Positions 9,696-18,531 of a DNA stretch of 64,000 bases are shown piece by piece (the stretch's first letter is position 1; every line of letters starts with the position of its first letter). This DNA comes from Pseudomonadota bacterium (GTDB lineage Bacteria > Desulfobacterota > Anaeroferrophillalia > Anaeroferrophillales > Tharpellaceae). The stretch lies in contig DSCM01000096.1 in NCBI GenBank assembly GCA_011049115.1, forward strand, positions 17,158 to 81,157, read 5' to 3'. The notes under the pieces are model-generated. The model was not told the origin of the DNA and did not search any database. It saw only the letters and a list, made by a program, of their open reading frames with translations. The translations under genes and the position numbers were made by a program.

Positions 9696-9712
9696 CTTTT
9701 ACTCTTGAGAAT

Positions 9713-10129
9713 TTAGAGTGGAAGGAACTTCCGATAGCCGCTGATCATCGCGATCTGCGGGGCCCGGGCCAGATATTCTTTGGAAAAATCAGTAACATCA
9801 ATATGTGCCGTTCCGCCCACTTCGCGCAGACGCAAAACCCGCAGGGCCTCCATGATTTTAGAGATATCCACTCCCTTGGGACAGCGAGCCTGACACATCA
9901 TGCAGGCGGCGCAGACCCACATTGACTTACAGTCTTTAACTTCATTTTCCAGTCCAAGTTGCAGATAGCGCACCACCTGACTGGGCAGAAGGTCCATTTC
10001 ATCAACTGCGGGACAACCTGCCGAACAATTGCCGCATTGATAACAATTAAAGAAATTTTCGCCGCTGATCTCGGCGACCTTGTTGATGAAATCACTTTTT
10101 ACCTGGGAGCGGTAAATCCTGGTTTTCAT
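9713..10129 (-). CDS. hdrC: HdrC-like 2x[4Fe-4S] ferredoxin subunit
   Basis: 138 aa with CYQCGNCSAGCP and CAACMMCQARCP motifs. Confidence 0.8.
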   Translation of the reverse strand: MKTRIYRSQVKSDFINKVAEISGENFFNCYQCGNCSAGCPAVDEMDLLPSQVVRYLQLGLENEVKDCKSMWVCAACMMCQARCPKGVDISKIMEALRVLRLREVGGTAHIDVTDFSKEYLARAPQIAMISGYRKFLPL

Positions 10130-10142
10130 GGGTTATTATCCT

Positions 10143-10700
10143 TTATCTGATATAGGGCTTAACGCCCTGTTCATACAAATCGTTACCGTAGATGTCATTG
10201 ATCACAACCACCGGAAAATCCTCGACCTCAATCCGACGAATGGCTTCCGGACCCAGATCTTCATAGGCGACAACTTCAGCCTTTTTTATACGCTGGGCGA
10301 GTAGTGCCCCAGCCCCGCCGGTCGCAGCGAAATAAACCGCATGATATTTTTCGATCGCATCACGCACTTCCCGGCTGCGACCGCCCTTGCCGATCATGCC
10401 CTTTAGACCTTCAGCCAGCAGTCGGGAAGAATAGGAATCCATGCGATAACTAGTAGTCGGACCGGCGGAACCGATAACCTTGCCGGGTTTAGCCGGAGTC
10501 GGCCCAACAAAATAAATAATCTCACCCTGCAAGGGTATCGGCAACGATTCTCCCTTAGCCAGGAGATCGACAAGCCGCTTATGCGCGGCATCGCGGCCGG
10601 TATAAATCGTACCACTGAGCAACACCCGATCGCCCGCTTTCAGATCAGCCACCACTCCTTCACTCAGCGGCGGCGTCAGACGAATAACCCGATCCATCAT
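10143..10700 (-). CDS. Class I (Fe-S) fumarate hydratase / tartrate dehydratase beta subunit (Fumerase_C-type)
   Basis: LSGTIYTGRDAAHKRL and GPTTSYRMD motifs. Start set at MMDRV, whose ATG overlaps the alpha-subunit stop in an ATGA arrangement. Confidence 0.75.
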   Translation of the reverse strand: MMDRVIRLTPPLSEGVVADLKAGDRVLLSGTIYTGRDAAHKRLVDLLAKGESLPIPLQGEIIYFVGPTPAKPGKVIGSAGPTTSYRMDSYSSRLLAEGLKGMIGKGGRSREVRDAIEKYHAVYFAATGGAGALLAQRIKKAEVVAYEDLGPEAIRRIEVEDFPVVVINDIYGNDLYEQGVKPYIR

Positions 10701-11548
10701 AAAATCGCCTCCTGGTGCCGGGCTGCATGACATTGAATATTAATCGCCAACGGCAAACTGGCAATATGACAGGGTTGCATTTTGACATGAACGGCAAAAC
10801 TGGTGATGCGACCGCCGAGCCCCTGGGGTCCGACTCCTAAATTATTGATCGCGGTCAAAAGTTCGTCCTCAAGATTTTGCAGAGCCGGATCGGGATTGGG
10901 GCTGCCGACTTCACGCAAAAGCGCTTCTTTCGCCAACATGGCCGACCGCTCGAAATTACCACCGATACCAACGCCGACAATTGTCGGCGGACAGGGATTC
11001 CCCCCCGCCTGGCGCACCCAGGCAACAACCTGCTCCTTAATCCCGGCAACGCCATCGGCCGGTTTGAGCATGACCACCTTCGACATATTTTCACTGCCAC
11101 CCCCTTTGGGGGCCACAATGATGCTTAATTGCTCTCCGGGCACAAGGTTGTAATGTATAATTGCCGGAGTATTATCGCCGGTATTGGCCCTGGTAAAGGG
11201 ATGACAGGCTGATTTCCGCAGGAACCCGTCCTGGTATCCCCGTCGGACGCCGGCATTGATTGCGCCCTCAAGACTGCCGCCGACAATTCTGACGTCCTGT
11301 CCCAAAGTAACAAAAACCACGGCCAGACCGGTATCCTGGCAGATCGGCACTTGCTCTTTTGCCGCGATTGCCGCATTTTCCTGAAGCTGCCTGATAATAT
11401 CCCCGCCGGCCGGAGACTCTTCCCTGGCGGCTGCCAGGTCCAAGGCCCGTTTCATATCCGACCCGAGATTACAATTAGCCTCTATACATAAACGAGCTAC
11501 CGTTTTTTCGACCAGCGAAACATCAATTTCACGCATTTTAAGCACCAC
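10697..11548 (-). CDS. Class I (Fe-S) fumarate hydratase / tartrate dehydratase alpha subunit
   Basis: 283 aa. N-terminal catalytic domain with the conserved CQDTG region and the archaeal-type two-subunit FumA/TtdA architecture. Confidence 0.75.
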   Translation of the reverse strand: MVLKMREIDVSLVEKTVARLCIEANCNLGSDMKRALDLAAAREESPAGGDIIRQLQENAAIAAKEQVPICQDTGLAVVFVTLGQDVRIVGGSLEGAINAGVRRGYQDGFLRKSACHPFTRANTGDNTPAIIHYNLVPGEQLSIIVAPKGGGSENMSKVVMLKPADGVAGIKEQVVAWVRQAGGNPCPPTIVGVGIGGNFERSAMLAKEALLREVGSPNPDPALQNLEDELLTAINNLGVGPQGLGGRITSFAVHVKMQPCHIASLPLAINIQCHAARHQEAIL

Positions 11549-11583
11549 TTTTTAAATAGCAGCTTTAACCAAAGCCGGCTGTT

Positions 11584-11612
11584 TGTATACTGTATACCCC
11601 ATTGTTTGTCAA
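11584..11612 (-). promoter_or_regulatory. Putative sigma70-type promoter of the fumarase-Hdr operon; the -10 element lies within a tandem GTATAC motif
   Basis: Minus strand reads TTGACA-N17-TATACA about 35 nt upstream of the fumA start. The only plausible RBS (GGTG) is weak. Confidence 0.3.
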
Positions 11613-11839
11613 CTGCAATATAAAAAAAATTTATTTTTTTTTAACAGATCGTTTCATCTATAATTTCATAACGTTAACCTTTTGCAAGAGCAACCTGAGC
11701 TCAATTTTCGGACCATTTCACTCTCATCCAAACATAAATTCTTCATCGACGGGGGCACATCAAACAAATAGATTCTTTTCATCGACCGACAAGATCAAAA
11801 TGATGCCCGAGCATAGCGCACAATAATGACCATAGCACA

Positions 11840-11876
11840 AAACGAAAAAAGCCCCGACAAACAAGGCTGTCGGGGC
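11840..11876 (-). terminator. Rho-independent terminator after the 395-aa lyase gene
   Basis: Hairpin GCCCCGACA-loop-TGTCGGGGC followed on the minus strand by TTTTTTCGTTTTG. Confidence 0.55.
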
Positions 11877-11893
11877 TGAATAAACAATCAAAA

Positions 11894-13081
11894 TTAATTT
11901 TTAGACTGCAGTACCTCCGCTGGGACCACAGCTTCTACAGACCACTCCTCGGGAATAATCTGGCCAGGTTTTTCGCCATTTTTCTCCTTGATCTTAGACA
12001 ATTCAGGACGTTTAAAATCCTCCCGAACATGCTTTGGAATGCGGCCATTAAGAATCGATTCCGAACGCAGGCGACGACCAACCGTGCGTTCCATCATGGT
12101 GCCCAGCTGGAGAATCCGGTCAATGTCAATTCCGGTTTCGATTCCCATCTCGTCCATCATTACCAACATGTCTTCAAGAACGGAAAGACCAACCACATTA
12201 GGATCCTTGTAGTAGTAGTCTCCGGTCCCCAAACCCGGGACTCCGTCAACAAAATTAGCCGGCTGGCCACCAGTACCGCCGATGGTTGCTTCAAAGTTAG
12301 TGATTCCCGCCTGTAATGCCGCCAAAACATTGGCGTTGCCCCATCCCCGGGTGACATGAAAATGAGCGACATGAAGATCTGGATTGGGAAGAGCGTCCAG
12401 AATCATCGAGAAATAGCGATAGACTTTGTTCGGCGGAGCCGATCCATCATGGTCAGCATGCTCGATATCATCAGCCCCGATACTGAGCCAGCGACGAGTA
12501 AACTCAACCGCGTCCTCAAATTTAGTCGGCCCGGAAATCGGACTACCCCAAATCGTACTGACAGTTCCGCACATTTTGATTCCGACATCATGGCACTTTT
12601 TAATGCAGCGTTCGGCTTCACGCCAGTACTGCGGCAAGGTTGAACGGGAATTGGCGAAATGATGCTGTTCGTCAGTCGAAACCATCATCAGAATACGATC
12701 CGGGCCATAACCGCGCTTTTTCATCTCGATGGCCCGATCAACCGCACTTTCCCGAATGGTAATACAAGTCCATTCGATATCTTCATGTTTAATTCCACGC
12801 TTGGCCAAACGTTTCTTAAAAAGATCGTCATGCACGCTCTTCATTAACTCTTCGGCGTCTTCAAACTGAGGCATATTCCTGGGGTCGCCCAGATTGGTAA
12901 CCTCCATCCGTTTAATACCGGCAAATGCCATTTCCTGCAGATAAAAAATTTTGGCCCGGGTGGGAATAAAGTGTTCCTCATGCTGGAATCCGTCACGGAC
13001 AGTAATATCACCAATATTGACTTTTTTCGGCATTCTTTTAAAAACATCAAAAAGATCGTGGCTTGACATATTTTCCTCCAC
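11894..13081 (-). CDS. Divergent HMG-CoA lyase-like (DRE-TIM metallolyase family) protein with extra N- and C-terminal regions
   Basis: RDGFQ and HFHVTRGWGNANVLAALQAG motifs, parallel to the RDGxQN and HxHDTxG motifs of HMGL. 395 aa with a ~60-aa lysine-rich C-terminal tail. Confidence 0.55.
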   Translation of the reverse strand: MEENMSSHDLFDVFKRMPKKVNIGDITVRDGFQHEEHFIPTRAKIFYLQEMAFAGIKRMEVTNLGDPRNMPQFEDAEELMKSVHDDLFKKRLAKRGIKHEDIEWTCITIRESAVDRAIEMKKRGYGPDRILMMVSTDEQHHFANSRSTLPQYWREAERCIKKCHDVGIKMCGTVSTIWGSPISGPTKFEDAVEFTRRWLSIGADDIEHADHDGSAPPNKVYRYFSMILDALPNPDLHVAHFHVTRGWGNANVLAALQAGITNFEATIGGTGGQPANFVDGVPGLGTGDYYYKDPNVVGLSVLEDMLVMMDEMGIETGIDIDRILQLGTMMERTVGRRLRSESILNGRIPKHVREDFKRPELSKIKEKNGEKPGQIIPEEWSVEAVVPAEVLQSKN

Positions 13082-13268
13082 ACAATTATTCTTCTGATTA
13101 ATTTCCGGAAATCTTACCTACCCCCGCTGCTGATCTTTGGTATCTACCGATCAAGACCAACAAGAATACGGAACGGGCGCCTGCCACCCAAATCTTTCCG
13201 GATTAAAAGAACTCTGGCTCCGCCTGATCGATGTAATTCAGTCAATCTTAAGATAGGCGGGGCGTAAA

Positions 13269-14048
13269 CTATTCGCCAGTATAAACCGGCTCTCTTTTTT
13301 CCCTGAAAGCGGTCAGACCTTCAATGCGATCTTTAGTCGGGATGGTCACGGCATAGCAATTTGATTCGATAGCCAGGCCGCTACCTAAATCAACTTCACT
13401 GCCGTAGTTTATCGCGTACTTGGCCATTTCTAAGGCCACCGGGGCATTCTTCTTAATCTTTGCCGCCATATTCAAGGCGGCATCGAGAAGTTCACCTTGT
13501 GGCGCCACCTGATTAACAAGACCGATAGCCAGAGCTTCATCTGCCTTGGCCCGATGGGCGGTGAAAATCAACTCCTTAGCTTTGCCTTTACCGAGAAGAC
13601 GAGCCAGCCGCTGAGTTCCGCCGGCACCGGGAATAATTCCCAGGCTGGTTTCAGTCAGACCCATGGTCGCACTGGAGACCGCTATCCTGATATCACAAGC
13701 CAGGGCCAGCTCCGTTCCTCCTCCGAAAGCAAAACCATTGACCGCGGCGATCACAGGCTGGGGAAGATTTTCGACCATCGTGAAGGTGTTGCGAATCATC
13801 TGAATATACTGTTTAACCTCGATCGGGGTCATGGTCGCCCGTTCTTTGAGATCAGCGCCGGAGCAAAAAGATTTCTCCCCGGCACCGGTGATGATCACTA
13901 CCCTTACGGAACGATCAACACTGATCCCACTTACCAGTCTATTCAGGGCAGCGAGAAGCTCACGATTCAAAGAGTTCATGCTTTCGGGGCGATTTAAAGT
14001 TACAATCAAAACCCCGTCACGGTTTTCGCTTAAGATCACTTCAGACAT
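13269..14048 (-). CDS. Enoyl-CoA hydratase (crotonase family; methylglutaconyl-CoA hydratase-like)
   Basis: 259 aa with VIITGAGEKSFCSGADL and AVNGFAFGGGTELALACD crotonase motifs. Confidence 0.85.
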   Translation of the reverse strand: MSEVILSENRDGVLIVTLNRPESMNSLNRELLAALNRLVSGISVDRSVRVVIITGAGEKSFCSGADLKERATMTPIEVKQYIQMIRNTFTMVENLPQPVIAAVNGFAFGGGTELALACDIRIAVSSATMGLTETSLGIIPGAGGTQRLARLLGKGKAKELIFTAHRAKADEALAIGLVNQVAPQGELLDAALNMAAKIKKNAPVALEMAKYAINYGSEVDLGSGLAIESNCYAVTIPTKDRIEGLTAFREKREPVYTGE

Positions 14049-14152
14049 CCGTTCCCCCCAAAAAAAATCTTAATAACCCGACTAAAAGTTTAAGAACATA
14101 TAAATGTTTTTTTTCTTCTTTCGCAAACAAAAAAGATGATAAAAGTATTGTA

Positions 14153-15091
14153 TCATCTTTTTACACAGGCTCCGATAAATGATTGCATATGGCTATGCCC
14201 CCCATAGGTCAGCTGAGTTTGCCGAATTGCGACCTCTAAAAGAGCATGACTGTCAATTCCTGTCTCTATCCTCATCCCCTCAAGACAATAAAGCAGATCT
14301 TCGGTAGCCAGATTTCCAGCCGCACCGGGAGCATATGGGCAACCGCCCAGACCACTGGCGGCACTATCATAACGATCTATACCGGCCTGTAAACCGGCGA
14401 CCACGCAAGCCAAGGCCCGACCGCAACTATCGTGCAAATGAAGACCAAAATCCACTTCGGGCAGTTCTTCCTGCAGGCGAGAACAATGAGAATAAACCTG
14501 ATCCGGAGTAGCCACCCCGAGGGTATCGCACAGGGTTATTTCGTTAAAGCCAAGCGCGAACAAAGAGCCTACCAGAGAGCTGACCGCCGCATAGTCAACT
14601 TTCCCCTCATAGGGGCAGCCGAAGACATTGGAAAGAGACACCCTGCGAGCTCTGTCAAGCGGCATCATCTTAATCATCGCTTCAATCTCAGCCAGGGTTT
14701 CAGCTTGGGAACAACCCAGGTTTTTCTTATTATGCGTGTCGCTGGCCGAGATAAAAAAAACTATTTTCCCGGCCCCGGAAGCCAGCGCCGCCGTCAACCC
14801 CCGACGATTTGGCACCAGCACAGAAGTAACAAGGTCAGGGAATGAGTCAATGGCTTGCAATACCTCGGCCGCATCCCGCAGCTGAGGTATCGATTTAGGA
14901 TTGACAAAAGAAGTTACTTCGATTTCTTTAAATCCACAGGCCGCCAAACGATTAATAAGCTCGACCTTATTTTCAGTCGGGATAAAAATTTCCTGATTCT
15001 GCCAGCCGTCACGAGGGGACACCTCTACCAACCGGACCTTCTTCGGCATCAGGGAAAAACAGTCATCCATTTTTTTTAAACTCGTCTCCAC
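14153..15091 (-). CDS. Hydroxymethylglutaryl-CoA lyase
   Basis: 312 aa with VEVSPRDGWQN and GLHLHDSCG motifs. Confidence 0.8.
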   Translation of the reverse strand: METSLKKMDDCFSLMPKKVRLVEVSPRDGWQNQEIFIPTENKVELINRLAACGFKEIEVTSFVNPKSIPQLRDAAEVLQAIDSFPDLVTSVLVPNRRGLTAALASGAGKIVFFISASDTHNKKNLGCSQAETLAEIEAMIKMMPLDRARRVSLSNVFGCPYEGKVDYAAVSSLVGSLFALGFNEITLCDTLGVATPDQVYSHCSRLQEELPEVDFGLHLHDSCGRALACVVAGLQAGIDRYDSAASGLGGCPYAPGAAGNLATEDLLYCLEGMRIETGIDSHALLEVAIRQTQLTYGGHSHMQSFIGACVKR

Positions 15092-15218
15092 TATGGAACG
15101 AAATTAAAAACCCAACTTGCGAAAAATAGCCCCTCCCCTTGGACTAGAAGTCCCGGGAAAGTGCGAACCTCATTCCCAGGACTTCAAAAAAAATATCAGG
15201 CTACCTCAGGCAAAAAGC

Positions 15219-16370
15219 CTACATTAGAGATCTGGCAATCACCAGACGCTGCACTTCCGAGGTTCCTTCGCCGATTTCCAGCAATTTCTGATCCCGGTAA
15301 AAACGCTCTACATCATATTCCTGCATCAAACCATAACCACCATGGATCTGGACCGCATGGTCTACCACCCGACTCATTACTTCCGAACAGTAAAGCTTAC
15401 CCATAGCCGCTTCTTTGGAAAAAGGACGATTGTTTGAACGCAGCCAGCAAGCCTTATACAGAAGGTTGCGGGCTAATTCAATTTCCATCGCCATGTCGGC
15501 CAATTTAAACTGCGTGACCTGAAAATCAAACAAAGGACGGCTGAACTGGATTCTTTCCTGAGAATAACGCAAAGCCTTTTCAAAAGCCCCCTGGGCGCCT
15601 CCAAGTCCCATGGCTCCGATACTCAGACGACCACCATCAAGAGTGGCCAACATCTGATGAAACCCTTCACCACGTTTACCCAGAAGATTTTTGGCTGGAA
15701 CCCGACAATTGTCAAAATAGATTTCAGTCGTGTTGGATGCACGCCACATCATTTTGCCGTGCATCGGTCTGCACTCCATGCCATCCGTTCCCGACGGCAC
15801 CAGAATACAGCTCATTTCCGGACGACCATCAGCTCTTTTGCCGGTAACAGCCTGAACGATTACAACCCCGGTATTGGGGGCGGAAGCATTGGTGATAAAA
15901 ATTTTGGACCCATTAATCACCCACTCGTCGCCATCCAGAATGGCGTTAGTCTTGGAGTTGCCGGCATCTGAGCCGGCATTAGGTTCGGTCAGGCCAAATC
16001 CGGCCAGGATCTCGCCTGTGCAAAGTCTCGGCAACCATTCCTGCTTTTGTTCTTCACTTCCGTAATAATAGATCGGTCCGATCCCCAGGGAATTGCCCGC
16101 CGCGACGGTAGCTGCCTGAGAACCATCAACCCGGGCAATTTCTTCAACCGCAATAATATATGAAATATAATCCAGTCCGGATCCCCCGTACTCAGGGGAG
16201 ACAAACATCCCGAATAGTCCGAGATCACCCATTTTACGAGTCAGATCGAGAGAAAATTCTTCCTTCCGATCAAGCTCCTGGGCCACCGGGGCGATCTCTT
16301 TTTCAGCAAAACCGCGAACACTTTTACGTAGGATTTCCTGTTCTTCCGTCATATCAAAACTGAGTGCCAT
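15219..16370 (-). CDS. Acyl-CoA dehydrogenase (isovaleryl/short-branched-chain type)
   Basis: Motifs FDMTEEQ, LTEPNAGSDA and YRDQKLLEIGEGTSEVQR. Start set at the internal MALSF. Confidence 0.85.
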   Translation of the reverse strand: MALSFDMTEEQEILRKSVRGFAEKEIAPVAQELDRKEEFSLDLTRKMGDLGLFGMFVSPEYGGSGLDYISYIIAVEEIARVDGSQAATVAAGNSLGIGPIYYYGSEEQKQEWLPRLCTGEILAGFGLTEPNAGSDAGNSKTNAILDGDEWVINGSKIFITNASAPNTGVVIVQAVTGKRADGRPEMSCILVPSGTDGMECRPMHGKMMWRASNTTEIYFDNCRVPAKNLLGKRGEGFHQMLATLDGGRLSIGAMGLGGAQGAFEKALRYSQERIQFSRPLFDFQVTQFKLADMAMEIELARNLLYKACWLRSNNRPFSKEAAMGKLYCSEVMSRVVDHAVQIHGGYGLMQEYDVERFYRDQKLLEIGEGTSEVQRLVIARSLM

Positions 16371-16567
16371 AGGTCTACCCTTCCTTAAAATTCCCACCTT
16401 ACGTTAACTGTTAAACCAATCACCAAAAAAAAGGAACCCGACTTTATCTTTCCTTCGAGAGGGGTTGTAAATTATATTATTTCCGTAGGCTTGTCAACGA
16501 AAATCCCCAAACATAATTATGTTTTCATTGTAAGCAGCATAATCCTGCGCGAAAGTCACAATAAAGA

Positions 16568-16596
16568 TTGACAAAGGGTGAAAAAAACATTAAAAA
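16568..16596 (+). promoter_or_regulatory. Putative sigma70 promoter for tRNA-Met
   Basis: TTGACA-N17-TAAAAA about 35 nt upstream of the tRNA. Confidence 0.3.
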
Positions 16597-16631
16597 GCGC
16601 CTCGTATTAAGTTTGACAGTTGGAAAACCAA

Positions 16632-16708
16632 GGCGGTGTAGCTCAGATGGTTAGAGCATACGGCTCATATCCGTAGTGTCCGGGGTTCAATTCCCTGCAC
16701 CGCCACCA
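16632..16708 (+). tRNA. tRNA-Met (anticodon CAU), elongator-type
   Basis: 77-nt cloverleaf with a 7-bp acceptor stem GGCGGTG/CACCGCC, anticodon stem TACGG/CCGTA, loop CTCATAT, T-loop TTCAATT and an encoded CCA. Confidence 0.85.
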
Positions 16709-16913
16709 TTTCTCTTCATCCCATCTCAGCTATTCATTCAGCTTGTTCCATTTCAGTATCCGCCGGTCGTTCACACCTATTCTGTTTTTTCATCCGCGGT
16801 GGTAAAACGGTTGCAATCGCAAAGAGCAGCATGCTATTAGCTCGAAAACAAAAACAACCAACTTCAAATACGTTAGAGAGCACACTTACGCGCTTAGAAC
16901 AGGAACTCCATCC

Positions 16914-18221
16914 ATGCTGGCTTTTATTTTTGATCCTAACCTTGAATCGGCTGAGGAAATCGCCCGGGTTATTAGTCAAACAGGTCTCAAAACCCGCATA
17001 ATAAAATCATTGGCGGAATTCATCAGCTCTCTACAAGCGGAAATTCCCAAGCTTATCATCTGCGAAGCCATCGTCAGGGGCTACGATGACTTTATTCTGC
17101 TTGAGCATATCAAGAAGGATAGGCAGCTACACCAAATTCCGGTAATCATCACTACCAGCCAGGCCACGCGGGAGAATATTCTCCGCGCTCGCAAGCTGGG
17201 CGCAGACGGTTTCATCACCAAACCTTTCGACAAAGCTAACCTGATCAAACAAATCAAATTGGCCCTTAATATCCGCGACCTTAATAATACAGAATTTACT
17301 TCCGTCCAGATTGGCAAAAAGCTCGGAACCCAGCACAAGCTGTCCTTGAAAACCATCAACGATGAACGCCTGAAAAGCCAGCTTATGCAGAAAATCGAAG
17401 AGATTCCTTCCCTTCCGGCGATCGTCTACAAGATTATTGCGCTGGTTAACAGCGATAAATCAAACGCTTCCGACTTCGAAGCGATTCTCGCCCGGGACCA
17501 GGCCTTGACGGCGCGGATGCTGCGCATGGCCAACTCATCTTTTTACAGCTTGTCACGCAAGGTTTCCAGCATCAGCGAAGCCGTGGTATACCTGGGACAC
17601 AACACCATCCGCAGCCTGGTTCTCGGGGTATCAACTTCATCTATTTTTAAACACAGCCTGCCCGTCTACGACTACCAACGTGACGGCCTTTGGCAGCATG
17701 CCAACATCGTGGCCTCACTCTCAAAAAAAATCGCGGCGGCGGCCCATTTAACCTCGGAAGGAATCGAGAACTGCTATGTCTCCGGGCTTATGCACGATAT
17801 CGGCAAGCTCATTCTGGGGCCCTTTATTCAGAAAGAAAGTAAAAATCTGACCTTACTTCTCGAACAGGGGAAAACCCTAAGCGAAGCCGAACGTGAGCTT
17901 TTGGGCTTTTCACACGGTGAAATCGGACGTATTCTGCTGGACAAATGGAAACTGCCGAGAAATCTGGTCGAAACCGTCCATTACCATCACCAGCCGGAAG
18001 CCAGTACTTATTCACCGAGAGAAACGTTGACCGTCTATTTGGCCGATTCGATCAGCAACCAGTTCGGTTTTTCTCTGGAACGGGAAAAACCGAACGATGA
18101 TCCTGCCGCTTTCAGCCGCCGCCTGCAACGACTCGGCCTGGATCCGCAGTGGCCGGAACAACAAAGAGATGAAATTGTCGCCTTGGCTGAAAACGTGAAT
18201 GCCATACTGACTGAGCTCTAA
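16914..18221 (+). CDS. Response regulator with CheY-like receiver and HDOD output domain
   Basis: Receiver fold over residues 1-120 and HDOD segment IPSLPAIVYKII...HDIGKLIL. Glu sits at the phospho-acceptor position (see findings). Confidence 0.7.
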   Translation: MLAFIFDPNLESAEEIARVISQTGLKTRIIKSLAEFISSLQAEIPKLIICEAIVRGYDDFILLEHIKKDRQLHQIPVIITTSQATRENILRARKLGADGFITKPFDKANLIKQIKLALNIRDLNNTEFTSVQIGKKLGTQHKLSLKTINDERLKSQLMQKIEEIPSLPAIVYKIIALVNSDKSNASDFEAILARDQALTARMLRMANSSFYSLSRKVSSISEAVVYLGHNTIRSLVLGVSTSSIFKHSLPVYDYQRDGLWQHANIVASLSKKIAAAAHLTSEGIENCYVSGLMHDIGKLILGPFIQKESKNLTLLLEQGKTLSEAERELLGFSHGEIGRILLDKWKLPRNLVETVHYHHQPEASTYSPRETLTVYLADSISNQFGFSLEREKPNDDPAAFSRRLQRLGLDPQWPEQQRDEIVALAENVNAILTEL

Positions 18222-18531
18222 CGCGGGAATAATCCCACAACCCAAATGATTTTTCACGCCCCGTACCTAAAGGTATTTCCTTTGGTCACAAATAAGTACT
18301 CTTATCAGACCCAGCAGAGCTGGATAAGTTTCTTGTTTTTTATACTTGAAAAAAAGTTGAAAAAAAAACAAGAAAATAACCTGTAAGGCACTAATGCGGG
18401 GCGAGCCCGGCGACCCCAATTTGTTTGCGAATGCCCGCAATGTTAAGCGATCTCATCAGAATTTTTCTGTTTTTTTAAACGAAAACAATCTGTGAGATTT
18501 AAAGCTTTAATTTAGCTATCAAGGAAACCCC

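Noticed and set aside
9713-11548. Interpretation as an archaeal-type thiol:fumarate reductase (TfrAB)
   Set aside because: TfrA is a FrdA-type flavoprotein fumarate reductase. Here the dicarboxylate enzyme is a two-subunit Fe-S hydro-lyase (fumarase/tartrate dehydratase family), not a reductase, so only a looser analogy is kept
14432-14885. Plus-strand ORFs antisense to the HMG-CoA lyase
   Set aside because: They are antisense overlap with no motifs
18330-18372. Inverted repeat CTTGTTTTTT...AAAAAAACAAG in the RR-GAF intergenic region
   Set aside because: It is a pure A/T homopolymer palindrome with a 20-nt loop, most likely just AT-rich spacer
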